Positions 46,238 to 57,454 of a stretch of 64,000 nt of DNA are shown piece after piece. The stretch covers positions 372,001 through 436,000 of the forward strand of contig CBFDEM010000015.1 in assembly GCA_965603825.1 (NCBI GenBank), written 5' to 3'. The notes under the pieces are model-generated. The model worked only from the letters and a program-made list of their open reading frames with translations, was not told where the DNA came from and did no database searches. How positions within the stretch are numbered: the first letter of the stretch is position 1; each line of letters begins with the position of its first letter. Both the position numbers and the translations under genes were made by a program. This stretch comes from Blepharisma stoltei ATCC 30299. Its lineage: Eukaryota > Protista > Ciliophora.

Positions 46238-47833
46238 TTATTGGCCTCCTCCCATCTGTTTGCCGGCTCTCATGACTTCATCAACTAAAAGCAGTTGTTG
46301 GGCAAGTACTGGGGCTAGTTGTAAGAAATGGCGCTTTACACAGTAGTTATCAATAATTCCTTCAGCTTTAGGACTGATTGGGTTGCCGGTGGTGACATCT
46401 AAGCCTACTATGGTTCCATTTCGCTCGTATTCTGACACAAGTTTAAGAAGAGTTTCTTGGCTGTCAAGGCCAGAGTTTTCTGCAAGGACTCGAGGGATAA
46501 TAAGTAAAGCTTCCGCAAAAGCTTCAGCACCAAGTCTAGACTTGCCTTCAATGTTCTTTAAGTGAGCTTTAAGTTTGACTGAAGTAGCGATTTCAAAGGC
46601 TCCAGCGCCTGGAACAATGCATTTATCCTGGATAGTGTTGGCAACAGCTCTCAAGCCATCTCTGACAGCGTCTTTAATTTGGTTAATAGTATGTTCATTC
46701 TGTCCTTTGATCAGCACAGTGCAAGAAAAGGTATTTGGCACCTCGTCCAAAAATGTGTATTTTTCGTCACCTATTTGATGCTCATAAACTAATCCAGCCC
46801 ATCCTAAGTCAGCTTCGTTTAAATCTTCTACTGCGTTTATAGCGTTTCCTCCACAGGCTAATGGAATTCTTTCCATGTTTCTTCTTTTGGCTCTTCTCAA
46901 AGCAATAACGCCCTCTTTAGCAAACATGTCTAAGGAGACTGGGTCTATTCCTTTTTGGTTGATGACGACGAAGTTTTTGTCATTTTCATGGCAGAGTCTT
47001 CTTTTTAGGTCCAAAATTTTTTCGACTTTTTCGTCGATTAGAACTCTTTCAGAGGCTTGGAGTTTTTCTCTTTGCTCGGCATTGCTGTAGAAGAACTGAG
47101 AGTTTACTTCAGTTTTTTCGTACTCTAAGTTGATGTTGCAGCATAAAATATAGCAGTTTTTAAGCCTGGTAGGCATATCAGGGTGTCTTGCTCCGTGGTC
47201 TAATACTAACCCTCTGATCAGCTTAGTTTCAGTGGCCATTTTATGAGGCATATGCATAATCTCAATCATATGCAGGTCAATTTTGTTGTCCCTTCTAATT
47301 GCAAGAACTGCATCAGTAACGATTTCTGTCAGCTGAGCTGCCAAAACTGGGTGGAGTTTTGTATTTAAGCTGGTCCTTGCAGCACTGATTAATAGCTCTC
47401 TGTCAATTTCGACCTCTTCTTTGATCTCATCCAGGCATTGCAAAGCAAAAGTTCTGGCCTGATCGAAACCATCGACGATGACTCTTGGGTGAACTCCTTC
47501 CCCGATGAATCTTTCAGCCTGTCTCATCAGTTCTCCAATAAAAAGCACATTCGAAGTTGTCCCATCCCCAACAATTTCGTCTTGTGCGGTCGCAGCTCTT
47601 GCAATCATGGCTGCAGTTGGGTGCTGAATTTGCATTTCCTTTAGCAAAACATTACCATCTTTGGTAAGCTTGATTTGTCCTGCTCCACCGACAAGCATTT
47701 TTATTGTGCCTTTTGGTCCAAGATTACTTCTGAGAACTTCTTGAAGGCCTTTGGAGGCTGAGATATTGAGGTTAAGGGCTTGAGCTTTCCTTAGGATTTC
47801 AGCTTTAGAGTTGACGTATTGCAGAGAAGCCAT
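46238..47833 (-). CDS. CCT6: T-complex protein 1 subunit zeta
   Basis: [77 protein letters not shown]. Confidence 0.97.
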   Translation of the reverse strand: MASLQYVNSKAEILRKAQALNLNISASKGLQEVLRSNLGPKGTIKMLVGGAGQIKLTKDGNVLLKEMQIQHPTAAMIARAATAQDEIVGDGTTSNVLFIGELMRQAERFIGEGVHPRVIVDGFDQARTFALQCLDEIKEEVEIDRELLISAARTSLNTKLHPVLAAQLTEIVTDAVLAIRRDNKIDLHMIEIMHMPHKMATETKLIRGLVLDHGARHPDMPTRLKNCYILCCNINLEYEKTEVNSQFFYSNAEQREKLQASERVLIDEKVEKILDLKRRLCHENDKNFVVINQKGIDPVSLDMFAKEGVIALRRAKRRNMERIPLACGGNAINAVEDLNEADLGWAGLVYEHQIGDEKYTFLDEVPNTFSCTVLIKGQNEHTINQIKDAVRDGLRAVANTIQDKCIVPGAGAFEIATSVKLKAHLKNIEGKSRLGAEAFAEALLIIPRVLAENSGLDSQETLLKLVSEYERNGTIVGLDVTTGNPISPKAEGIIDNYCVKRHFLQLAPVLAQQLLLVDEVMRAGKQMGGGQ

Positions 47834-47888
47834 TATTATAAGCCATGATTCAGATCAAAGCAAAATTAATCTTAATAGTCAATCTCAA

Positions 47889-48626
47889 ATGGAATGGCTA
47901 AATCCGCCTTCAATTTGGACAGTTGAATATTCCCAAGAAGAAAATTATATCAATTCTATTAGACTTTTAACGGTTCATGTAAACCCCCACACGGATTTTT
48001 GAAGAAAGTCGCATAATGGCTGTATAAGTGATAAAGGACATTTTCTATACCAAAACGTGTCAGGTGACTTTGAAGTCCTTTTGGATATTGAAGGAAGATA
48101 TGCAGACTTGTATGATCATGGAGGATTGATGATCAGAGAAAACGAAGAAAACTGAGTAAAAGCTGGAATTGAGTATGTAAATGGAATTGCAAACGTCAGT
48201 GCTGTAGTCACAAGAGATTATTCTGATTGGTCAGTAATTTCTTTAGGAAATTTTGATCCAACTCAAGTTGTCCACTTCAAGCTTATTATGAAGCATAAAT
48301 CCTTTGAAATCTTTTATTCTTTGGATGGAGAAACCTATTCATTGTATCGTGTAGGGTTTTTAACAAACTCTGAAAATCTTAAAGTCGGAATTATGTGTGC
48401 TGCTCCACAATCAGAAACTGGCTTTGACATTTTATTTAAAAACTTAAATAAAGCAATTATAATTATTTCCTCTTCTTTGCATTATAAAATTCACAAAGAT
48501 TCTTTACTTCGCATTCTTCACATTTTGGGTTCTTTTTGGTACAAATTACTTGTCCGAAACCTACCAAAATTGTATTGGCCTGATCCCACAATTCTCTTGG
48601 CAAAAGATCTTGCAATTGCTCCATAG
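47889..48626 (+). CDS. DUF1349 (Ree1-like, ConA-like fold) protein; 3' end uncertain
   Basis: MEWLNPP..W, TDF(W)RKSH, GHF.Y..V.GDF, LYD.GGLMIR..EEN(W)VKAGIEYV.G...VSAVVTR.YSDWSV, VGIMCAAP; TGAs at 48000 and 48153. First stop is at 48626, inside the neighbouring gene. Confidence 0.85.
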
Positions 48627-49182
48627 TATCATCAGGTTTTTTGGACTTAGCCCAACCAAGTCTATTTGCAACTCTATGGACATGAGTATCTACAGCGATA
48701 CCTTCCACACTGCCATAGCAAACTTGCAGAAACATATGAGCCATCTTCAGGCCTACCCCAGGCAAAGATACTATTGTTTTAAAATCATTAGGAACATCAC
48801 CATCATATTTTTCTAATAAAATTTGAGCAGTTTCTTTAATGTGCTTTGCTTTATTGTTTTGAAAGCGAACCCCATGGATTTCTTCAGATAAATCTTTAAG
48901 AGAGATCTCTGCCATTCTTTGTGGAGTTAAACCATTAGCTTTAAGATTTTCAACAACGCGAGCAGTTGTAGCATCTTTTGTTTGAGCACTTAAAAGGATT
49001 CCGATTAAAGTTTGGAAACGTGCTAACTTTGGATCAATAGAATTATCAAAAGTAGCGATTGCACCATCCACATCTACTGGAGCTTGAATAGTCTCTCTCA
49101 TTTTGGCTATCTTGTCATAGACTTCTCTTCATTGCTCTTTGACTTTTGAGGAACCCACTGGTCCTTTGATCTTTTTCACCAT
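48463..49182 (-). CDS. NTH1: Endonuclease III (NTH1-like) DNA glycosylase, copy A
   Basis: ATG at 49182; (W=TGA 49129)REVYDKIAKMR..APVD, LLSAQTKD, HhH LPGVGLKMA, VDTHVHR, C-x6-C-x2-C-x5-C iron-sulfur motif. Confidence 0.92.
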
Positions 49183-49270
49183 TTTAACAGTTACAATAAA
49201 AAAGTATAGTTCCCATATAGATTTTTGCTTTCATAATAATTTTTAATTGCTAGATTACTGCTGGGTTTAT

Positions 49271-49999
49271 TTAATTGACTTTAGAGTTTGATTTATAGAA
49301 TGCGCAAAAGCTTTGCAAATTACACTTCTCACATTTTGGCTTTTGAGAAGAGCAAATTCCCATTCCGAAATCAACGAGGGCATAGCCTACTTCATCTCAT
49401 TTGTCCTTTGGAAAAATTTCTTGAAGACTTTTAACCGTTTCAGCAACACTTTTCGTTTTCACCCATCCAAGCCGATTTGCTATCCTATGCCCATGTGCAT
49501 CTATTGCCATTGCATTTATGTTGCCATATCTTATTTGCAAAAAGAAATTAGCTGATTTTTGGCCAATTCCAGGCAAAGCAATAACTTTTTTAAAATCATT
49601 CGGGATATCCCCATCATATTTTTCAAGTATCATTTTCGCAGCATTTTTGATATATTTGGCTTTATTATTATGAAAACTCACTCCGTAAATATCATTAGCA
49701 ATTTCTTCAGCAGGGGTCTCCACTATTTTTTCAACAGTTAATCCTTTACTTAAGAGTTTTGTTATCGCTTTAGTTGTGTTTACATTATTTGTTCTCGCAC
49801 TTAAAATTAGCCCTATAATTGTATGAAACCTCACTATTTTTGGGTCTAAGCTAGTGTCGATTACTTTGGAAACCCTTTCAATGTCCAATGGCTTATCAGT
49901 AATTTCCTTTATTTTTTGAAATCCATCATATATTCCTTTCGTAGCATTCTCGGACCCTATATTTCGAGTTATGGGTGTAACAATTCCTCTCAAAGCCAT
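49271..49999 (-). CDS. Endonuclease III-like glycosylase, divergent copy B
   Basis: LPGIGQKSA, IDAHGHR; reading through TGA 49397 supplies the CSSQKPKCEKCNLQSFC iron-sulfur motif, ending at TAA 49271. Confidence 0.88.
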
Positions 50000-50028
50000 G
50001 TTTTTTAATACTAAATTCTATCTTATTT

Positions 50029-51696
50029 TTAGAATCTTCTTCCTCTGCCTCTGCCTCTTGCTGCTAATGCTTTTTCGGCTGCAGTCACTTCTTGCTCATT
50101 TTTAGGTGCCTTGACAGTTTCATCAACACTCAAAACTAAACACGCTGCCTCAGTTGCTGCAGAAATTGCATTAATTTTTACGAGAGATGGCTCCCAAATA
50201 AAATTATCAAAAGTATTGCAGATCCCTCCATTTTTGATGTCAACTCCAAACCACCTGCCTTCTAAGCCACCTACAGAATGTTTTTGCCTAAGCTTATTCA
50301 AAACTTCTATAGCATCAAAACCTGCATTTTCTGCAAGAGTCCTTGGTATCACTTCCAAAGCTTTTGCGTATAAATTAATGACAAGCTGCTGTTTGCCACT
50401 AATAGATCTACTGTAATCTCTTAAAAATCTGCTTAATTCCATTTCAATAGCTCCTCCTCCAGCAACGACGTTTGAGTTTTTTATAGATCTTTTAACAATC
50501 ATAATAGAGTCGTTTAATGATCTTTCAGCTTCTTCAATATATTGTTCAGATCCTCCTCTAAGAACAATGGTTGCGGAGTGAGAGCTTGGACACCCTCTGA
50601 AAATGTTATATCTTTCGCCTCCTAGCTGGACTTCTTCAAAATTGGCACAAGAACCTAAAGCTTCGGCTGGGATATTGGTAACTGTAGTCAAAATCTGCCC
50701 GCCAGAGGCCTTTGAAATTCTTTGCAAATCTTCAATAGGAACTCTTCCTGCACAGAACAGCTGTCTATCAGCAAAATATTGTGTAGCTAAATCTCCAATT
50801 GGCAGCTTAGACAGTACAACTTGAGCGCCAGACTGGACGATTTTATCTAATTTTTGATAAATAATCTCCCATTCAGCATCCACAATGCTTTGATATTGTT
50901 CAGGGTTCTCAATTCTGATTTCTGCATTTTCTTTTTCGCTCTTCAGCTCCAGCTCCAAGTTCAGCATAATGATTTTCGGATTTTCGAACTTTTTAGGCTG
51001 CTGCTCAAATCCTGCATATGAAAAAGTCTTCTTAAAGGCGACTCCATCAACTAAAAAGGAATTAGTCACACTTCCACCTTTTACGTGCTTAATCCCAATC
51101 ATGCTTTTATCTAAATCTGCATCCAGCTTTAATATAGCATCGACAACCATTTCAGCGAAGAATTCTTTATAAGAGCTGACGAGCTTGGAGTTCAACGCAG
51201 TTTTGGCGCAGTTTATCAGCAGCTCTCTGAATTCTTTTGTATCTGCGGAATTGACTTTGTGTTCGATATCTCTGATTTTCCCGATAGCTTTTTGAGAAGC
51301 TTCTCTGAAGCCTCTGATGATTACTCGTGGATGCATCCCATCTTCAAGAAGTTCTCTTGCTTCTTTAAGAAACTCGCCAGCCAGAACAACGACAGATGTT
51401 GTGCCGTCACCAATTTCATTATCTTGTGCGGTCGCGATATCTGCGAGAGACTTGGCAGCTGGATGCACAATATCAAGAAGGTTAATGATTGTTGCTCCAT
51501 CATTTGTGATTGTCGCTTTATCTCCTACATGAATCAGCTTGTCCATACCTCGAGGACCTAAAGTTGACTTGACACACTCCACAATGGCAGTGCAGGCTCC
51601 TATGTTTGATAAAATTTGGCCGCGGCCTTGAGAAGTGTCTGTGCCTTCACGCAAAAGCAAAATTTGAGGTTGCTAATTAGAGCTTACCAGCATCAT
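50029..51696 (-). CDS. CCT7: T-complex protein 1 subunit eta
   Basis: MML|intron|[16 protein letters not shown]; [43 protein letters not shown]. Confidence 0.97.
51673..51687 (-). other. 15-nt intron GTAAGCTCTAATTAG
   Basis: Separates ATG ATG CTG from the conserved CCT7 N-terminus; ends in an in-frame TAG. Confidence 0.92.
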
Positions 51697-51927
51697 TCTC
51701 TTGATATTTATTATATGGAATTACTATAGAGATATAAATGATAAACTTAATTTTAGTTTTTGACTCTTAAATTAGGATGATTAATTATCTTCGCACATGA
51801 ATATGCAGAAATAAATTCATAGTAAATTAATCAATTTTAAAGTTAAAGTAAGCTTATTGAATTTTGATAATAAATTAATAGATTATTTATATTGAGTTAT
51901 TATAAATTCATAAACAGTTAATATTGA

Positions 51928-52683
51928 TTATGAGAAATTGCTTAGAAAATTCTTTTGTAAGCATTTCACTGGTGAATTTCTCATAGTTTTATAAATTGAG
52001 GAATAGTATGCCTGCTTTCTTTCACTAGCTGGTGATTCTTTAAGCACATTAATATTTGAATTATTTGCATTGATAATTGTTATAAGAGACAATTTTGGCA
52101 CTGATAATTTTTTTGAGCTTTTTGATTTCCCCTTGATTTCATGTGAAAACGACCTTGGCGAGGCCCCATCTTTGAAATCATTATTATTTCTCATAGATCT
52201 ATCTGTATAGTTCCCTTTGATAAAAGACATAGACTCATTAGTTGAATCTTGCTCTTTGATTTGCACTTTTAATTTTAAAATTTCTTTTTCTTTTGATTTT
52301 AAATGCCCCTCTAATTCTGTGCACTTGGATTCAGAATTCTCAAGTGATTTTTCTAAGTTTTTTATCTTTAATAAAAGCGATTTCTTTTCGTTCTCGAAAT
52401 TTTCTATGTTTTCATTTTTCGGAACGTTGGGTAGTTCTTCAGTTTGAGTCAATATTGAAATTAATTGAGAAGACTTCTGGTGCTCTGAATTTCTGAGAGT
52501 AGAGGATAATTCATAAATTTTATTTTCCAGCCTCAAAATCTCAGAATCTCTAGCTAAGCATGCGGCAGTTAGTTCACTGTTTTTTATTTCCTAAATAGAT
52601 TTTACTGCTTCGGACAGTTTCATTAGTAATGAATGGTTGTATCGATTCGATTTGTCGAAAACGAGTGGGAATTCAGAATCCAT
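51928..52683 (-). CDS. Coiled-coil hypothetical protein
   Basis: ATG at 52683; intron 52591-52605 links it to ORF 51928-52536. Confidence 0.7.
52591..52605 (-). other. 15-nt intron GTAAAATCTATTTAG
   Basis: Phase 0, in-frame TAG, A at position 10. Confidence 0.85.
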
Positions 52684-52875
52684 TAATCTGTTAGAATAAA
52701 TAATTGAGTAAAAATATTTTTGATTTAATATAAAGGAATTAATTCTGCAAAAAATAGCAAGTAAATGTACCTTTTATCTTAATAGGAAATGTAAAATTTA
52801 CAGAAAAATTTATGTAATTAATATAAGTATCACTTGAATCTTCAAAATTTTATTATCGCGAATTATAATAATAAA

Positions 52876-54870
52876 ATGGTTTTTAGATCTCTATGTAGGT
52901 TGACAAGAGCCTTATCTTTTAAGCCTACCATTAGATATTCTAAACCTTTACCAGTGAGATTCACCAATTTTAATTCTATCAGATATTTTGCAACCCAACA
53001 AAACTCGATTGAAGCACTTCAATACGAGGTTCAAAGAGCTGAAAAAGAGCACGGCGAAGATAGCATAAAACTTATTGTCCCTTATAACAAGCTAGGCGTA
53101 GCGTTTCGAGAAAAAGGAGATTTGCCGAAAGCTGCTATTTATATTGAGAAATCATTAAGAATAGCTGAGAAAGAGCTTGGAGGTGATCATCAAGAGCTTA
53201 CCATTGGGTTCAGTACTTTAGGTCATATATTTAGGGAAATAGGAAATATCAAAGCAGCTATTTTATACTATGAAAAAGCACTGAACATAGAAAAGGCAAA
53301 ATTTGGCGAAAACAGCAAAGAAGTCGCATTGACTCTTAATAATATCGCAAACCTCTATAAGTATGATGGAAATCTTGAAAAAGCTGAAGAATACTTAAAA
53401 CTAGCTTTACCCTACATGCAGCAGCAAGTCGACGGCAATGATCCAGACGTGGCTATCTATTTTCTTAATTTTGGCTATGTCGCTTCATTAAAGTCAAAAG
53501 TTGCTGAGTCTATTGATTATTATCAAAAGGGTAGGAAAATATTTGAAAGAGTTACAGGACCAAACTCAGCTGATGTTGCTGATGTTGAAACCCATATCGC
53601 ATATGTTCACTGGAATGCTGGAAAGTTTGAGGATGCTAAAAGGCACTTACAAAATTCAATAAACATCAGAGAAACTTTAAGGCTCCTTGATGCTAATTTG
53701 ATTGAGCTATATAAAAAATTGGGATTTCTCTTGAAAGATATGAAAAATATAAAGGATTCTAACGAAGCCTTTGAAAGAGGAGCAACCATTGTAAAAGGCT
53801 CGCGTGGGGAGAATAGCTCATCTTTAGCTTACTATTATAATGATATTGGGAACAATTTCAGACTGCTTGGCGATAAGAGATTTTCCAAGCCATTCTTTGA
53901 TAAGTCCTTAGAAATATTGAAAAATATTCCTCAGGAAAACACAAAAGAAATGTCTCTTTGCTATGAAAACTTATCACAATTTGCGTATACTAACAAAGAA
54001 TTTGATAATGCTATTGAATATGGGCATAGATCTCTTGAAATAAAGAGAAATGCTAAAGTCGGCAAGCAGGAGATGGCCTATTCTTATGCTGGGCTTGGGT
54101 CAATTTATCATGCTAAAGGGGATCTTAAAGAAGCTGAGTCGTACTTAATGCAAGCGAAATCTATAGCAGAAGAGTCAACAAATATCGATCAATCTATATT
54201 AGATTCCATCTATACAACACTAGGGCTTTTATATAGAGACCAAGAAAAATATCCTGAATCGATAGAATCCCATCAAAAAACAATTGAATTAAAAGTCAAA
54301 AATCTAGGAGAGCTTCATCCAGCTACCGCTAACACTTATGCGCATATAGGAATTTCATATGAAAAATGGGACAAAATACCAGAGGCTGTAGAGGCATTCA
54401 AAAAGGCTATAGAAATTAATGAAAAAACAGTAGGAAGAAAGCATGCATCTACATCTACTTATATTGATTTATTAGGAGATGCCTATAGAAAATCAGGTCA
54501 GGTTGAAGACGCTCTTAGAGAGCACAATACAGCACTTGAAATCAGAAAAGAATCTGTCGGAGAAAAAAATTTCATGGTCGCATTGTCATATAATAATCTT
54601 GCCTTTGACTATAGAGCTTTAAAAGATTGGGACAAAGCTATAGAATTCCATGAAAAAGCAAGCCAAATTTATTTGCAGTTGTATGGAAATCAGCATACCT
54701 ATTATGGAGGAGGATATATTTTACTTGGAGAAGTCTATGAGATGAAAGGAGATAAGAAAAGTGCTATCGAAAATTATACAAAAGGCATACAATTTTTCAT
54801 TAATTTATATGGAGAAAATAATGATTTGGTCAGAAAAATGCAAAAGAAAATTGAAGACCTAAAAAGCTAA
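52876..54870 (+). CDS. TPR-repeat protein (kinesin light chain/NPHP3-like ~42-aa repeats) with putative mitochondrial presequence
   Basis: Repeated GE.HP..A..Y..+G..Y...G....A.....KA+EI; N-terminus MVFRSLCRLTRALSF..RYF is Arg-rich with no acidic residues. Confidence 0.85.
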   Translation: MVFRSLCRLTRALSFKPTIRYSKPLPVRFTNFNSIRYFATQQNSIEALQYEVQRAEKEHGEDSIKLIVPYNKLGVAFREKGDLPKAAIYIEKSLRIAEKELGGDHQELTIGFSTLGHIFREIGNIKAAILYYEKALNIEKAKFGENSKEVALTLNNIANLYKYDGNLEKAEEYLKLALPYMQQQVDGNDPDVAIYFLNFGYVASLKSKVAESIDYYQKGRKIFERVTGPNSADVADVETHIAYVHWNAGKFEDAKRHLQNSINIRETLRLLDANLIELYKKLGFLLKDMKNIKDSNEAFERGATIVKGSRGENSSSLAYYYNDIGNNFRLLGDKRFSKPFFDKSLEILKNIPQENTKEMSLCYENLSQFAYTNKEFDNAIEYGHRSLEIKRNAKVGKQEMAYSYAGLGSIYHAKGDLKEAESYLMQAKSIAEESTNIDQSILDSIYTTLGLLYRDQEKYPESIESHQKTIELKVKNLGELHPATANTYAHIGISYEKWDKIPEAVEAFKKAIEINEKTVGRKHASTSTYIDLLGDAYRKSGQVEDALREHNTALEIRKESVGEKNFMVALSYNNLAFDYRALKDWDKAIEFHEKASQIYLQLYGNQHTYYGGGYILLGEVYEMKGDKKSAIENYTKGIQFFINLYGENNDLVRKMQKKIEDLKS

Positions 54871-55042
54871 GATTAAAATTATAATTAGAGTATTTTTCAG
54901 CATTAATAAAAAGGAAAATTTGCTTTTGATTAAATAGATTCTACATGGATGATAGAAAAGATACTTCTTAATATCAACTTAATGACTCTTTAATGACAGA
55001 GTCCGAAACCTACATTTTTTATCAATTAATGTCTAATGCTTT

Positions 55043-55795
55043 TTATTTAGCTTTACCTTGGTTAGCCACAGCCTCAATTCTTCTTCTGACTTCCTCTTCA
55101 TCAGCTAAATAGTAATGCCTTATAGGTTGCAGTCTTTCATTGAGTTCATAAACCAATGGAATTCCAGTTGGTATATTCAGCTTCAAGATATCTTCTTCAC
55201 TCATGTTATCCAAGTGTTTCACAAGTCCTCTCAAAGAATTCCCATGAGCTACAATCAAGACATTTTTCCCATTCAAAATATCTGGTGCAATTGCATCATA
55301 CCAATAAGGAAGAACCCTTTGGATGCAATCCTTTAAGCACTCAGTTCTTGGCATGCAGTCTTTAGGCAGTTTTCCATATCTTTTGTCATGAGCTGGATGT
55401 CTTTCGTCAGATTCTTCAAGGCTTGGGGGTGGGATATCATAAGATCTTCTCCATATCAAGACTTGTTCTTCCCCGTGCAAAGCAGCAGTCTCTGATTTGT
55501 TGAGTCCTTGGAGGCTTCCATAGTGCCTTTCGTTTAACCTCCAGTGCTTATTTACTGGTAAGTATTCTTGGTCAATTTCTGAAAGAACGAGATTCATTGT
55601 TTGAATTGCTCGCTTGAGGACTGAAGTATGGACTACATCAAAGGTAAGGCCTTGACGTCTGAGCATTTCTCCACCTTCTTTGGCTTCGTCAACTCCATGT
55701 TGGGTCAATGGAACATCAGTCCAGCCTGTAAAGCGATTTTCTTTATTCCAGGTGGACTCGCCATGACGAACAAGAACTAAACGATAGGTGGCCAT
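55043..55795 (-). CDS. gpmA: 2,3-bisphosphoglycerate-dependent phosphoglycerate mutase
   Basis: [63 protein letters not shown]. Confidence 0.97.
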   Translation of the reverse strand: MATYRLVLVRHGESTWNKENRFTGWTDVPLTQHGVDEAKEGGEMLRRQGLTFDVVHTSVLKRAIQTMNLVLSEIDQEYLPVNKHWRLNERHYGSLQGLNKSETAALHGEEQVLIWRRSYDIPPPSLEESDERHPAHDKRYGKLPKDCMPRTECLKDCIQRVLPYWYDAIAPDILNGKNVLIVAHGNSLRGLVKHLDNMSEEDILKLNIPTGIPLVYELNERLQPIRHYYLADEEEVRRRIEAVANQGKAK

Positions 55796-55903
55796 TAATT
55801 ATTTATTATTAGATTTTTTGGCAATTATTATAAAAAGCTTATGTGAATTTATTGCCATTTCAGGTTAAATAACCTAACAGAATTGACTTATAAAAATTAA
55901 ATT

Positions 55904-57376
55904 ATGGAAAAAAAACCTTATCACTGGCTTCTTAAATTATTATCGGGCAATTCTACAAGCTTAAAAATCCTAGAAACCATTTTAATCGCTGACTCAAAAC
56001 CTTCATCAATTCATTTTAGAGATAATAGTTATGGATTGGGGGTTTCATTTCAGCACACACAGACAATTTTAGAATTTTTCAATAAAATGTATAAAGAATT
56101 CCTCTGACGTCAAAAAATTAGAAATTCTGGGTCACTTGTCTGCTATTTCATATCAAAAAATGAGAGAAGAAAGATATATGAAAGAGATTTAAAAGATATA
56201 ATATCGGGGGTTACAACTGCGCAGGTTATACATTACATTCAACCAGCAAGGCCAAACTCAGACATATATGAGGTTATTTATAACTTCAGAATTGAATATA
56301 CACAACAAGGCTATGTGAGCTCGCTTAATAAGATTTTTTCAGATAAAACGGTTAAAGAAAATGACCCTCAAATTTTCAATATTGTCTGTGATTTTGCATT
56401 AACCATTTTGACTTTAGTTGAAAAATCTGAATTCAAAAGAGTCATGATTCTAGAGCTGGAATTCATTGAAGATATTGATAAAAATATTTGGCTAGCTTTT
56501 GCCAAAGAAATACAAATTGCAAAACCAGAAGTTTGCTTGACAAAAACAATAAAGGACCCATCAGACTTATGAACAATTCCATTAAAAAAACATCCAAAAT
56601 ACATTTTAGGGAGAAATTTAATTAATTTTGATGATTCGAAATCGTTGGATGAGGAGGATGAAAGATATGTAAATAAAAGAGGGCATTTGAGAAATAAAGA
56701 AAGCAACTTAAATATCCCAATAAAAATATTACGGCCAGATGAGTTTAAAAGATCTGGTACACCTGACAACAATATTTATTCGGAAGAGATCCGAAAAGAA
56801 GCTTTAGCAAAAGAGCATAGCGCGAATACTCCTAAATCTGAAAGAAAAATCAATCATGAGCTTATCCAGAACGCAAAAAGGCTAGAAGCTAAAAAAAAAT
56901 TAGCATTGTATTTAGAGCTCAGTAAATACCCAGAGCTTCGAGCAAAACTACGAAAGAAAGGACTATATGAAGATTATTTGACGCCTAAAGCAAATAGCAA
57001 AGGGATCATGCAAAAAATAAAGTCTGAAACAAACATTTTTAGTGACTCTAATAATCAACTCACTTTGTCACCTATCGAGCACGATAAGTTAGGTTTAAAA
57101 ATCCATAAGGCAGGCTTTAAAATTGCATCGAGGCCATATAGAAATACACATAAAAACAGATTAAAAGCTTCCAAGAAAAACAGTTCCCACCTTCTTACTA
57201 GAGTTAATGTCAGCCCAGTGCCCTCACAACTTGTGCTGGGAGAAATGAAAGTAAGAAAAAATAAAAAAAGCTTGACACAAAAAATAGATCTTGACCAATT
57301 ACCCTTACCTAATTTACTTGACAAAATGAAGACAATAGGAAATCCATTTATGCTAGCTGAAGATGCTGCTGTGTAA
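55904..57376 (+). CDS. Hypothetical protein (~490 aa)
   Basis: Two TGA=Trp (56105, 56570) join three ORFs in one frame; motif LELEFIEDIDKNIWL. Confidence 0.7.
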
Positions 57377-57454
57377 GATTTATTAATTAATCAATTCCCA
57401 AAATAATTTCCCTTTTGCTTATAAGTTACATATAATAATTAAAACACTAATTCA

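Noticed and set aside
46383-51561. Many plus-strand ORFs of 60-100 aa opposite CCT6, NTH and CCT7 (similar ones lie opposite RPS5, AP-4 beta and KRI1)
   Set aside because: Antisense shadows of real genes; no motifs or independent support.
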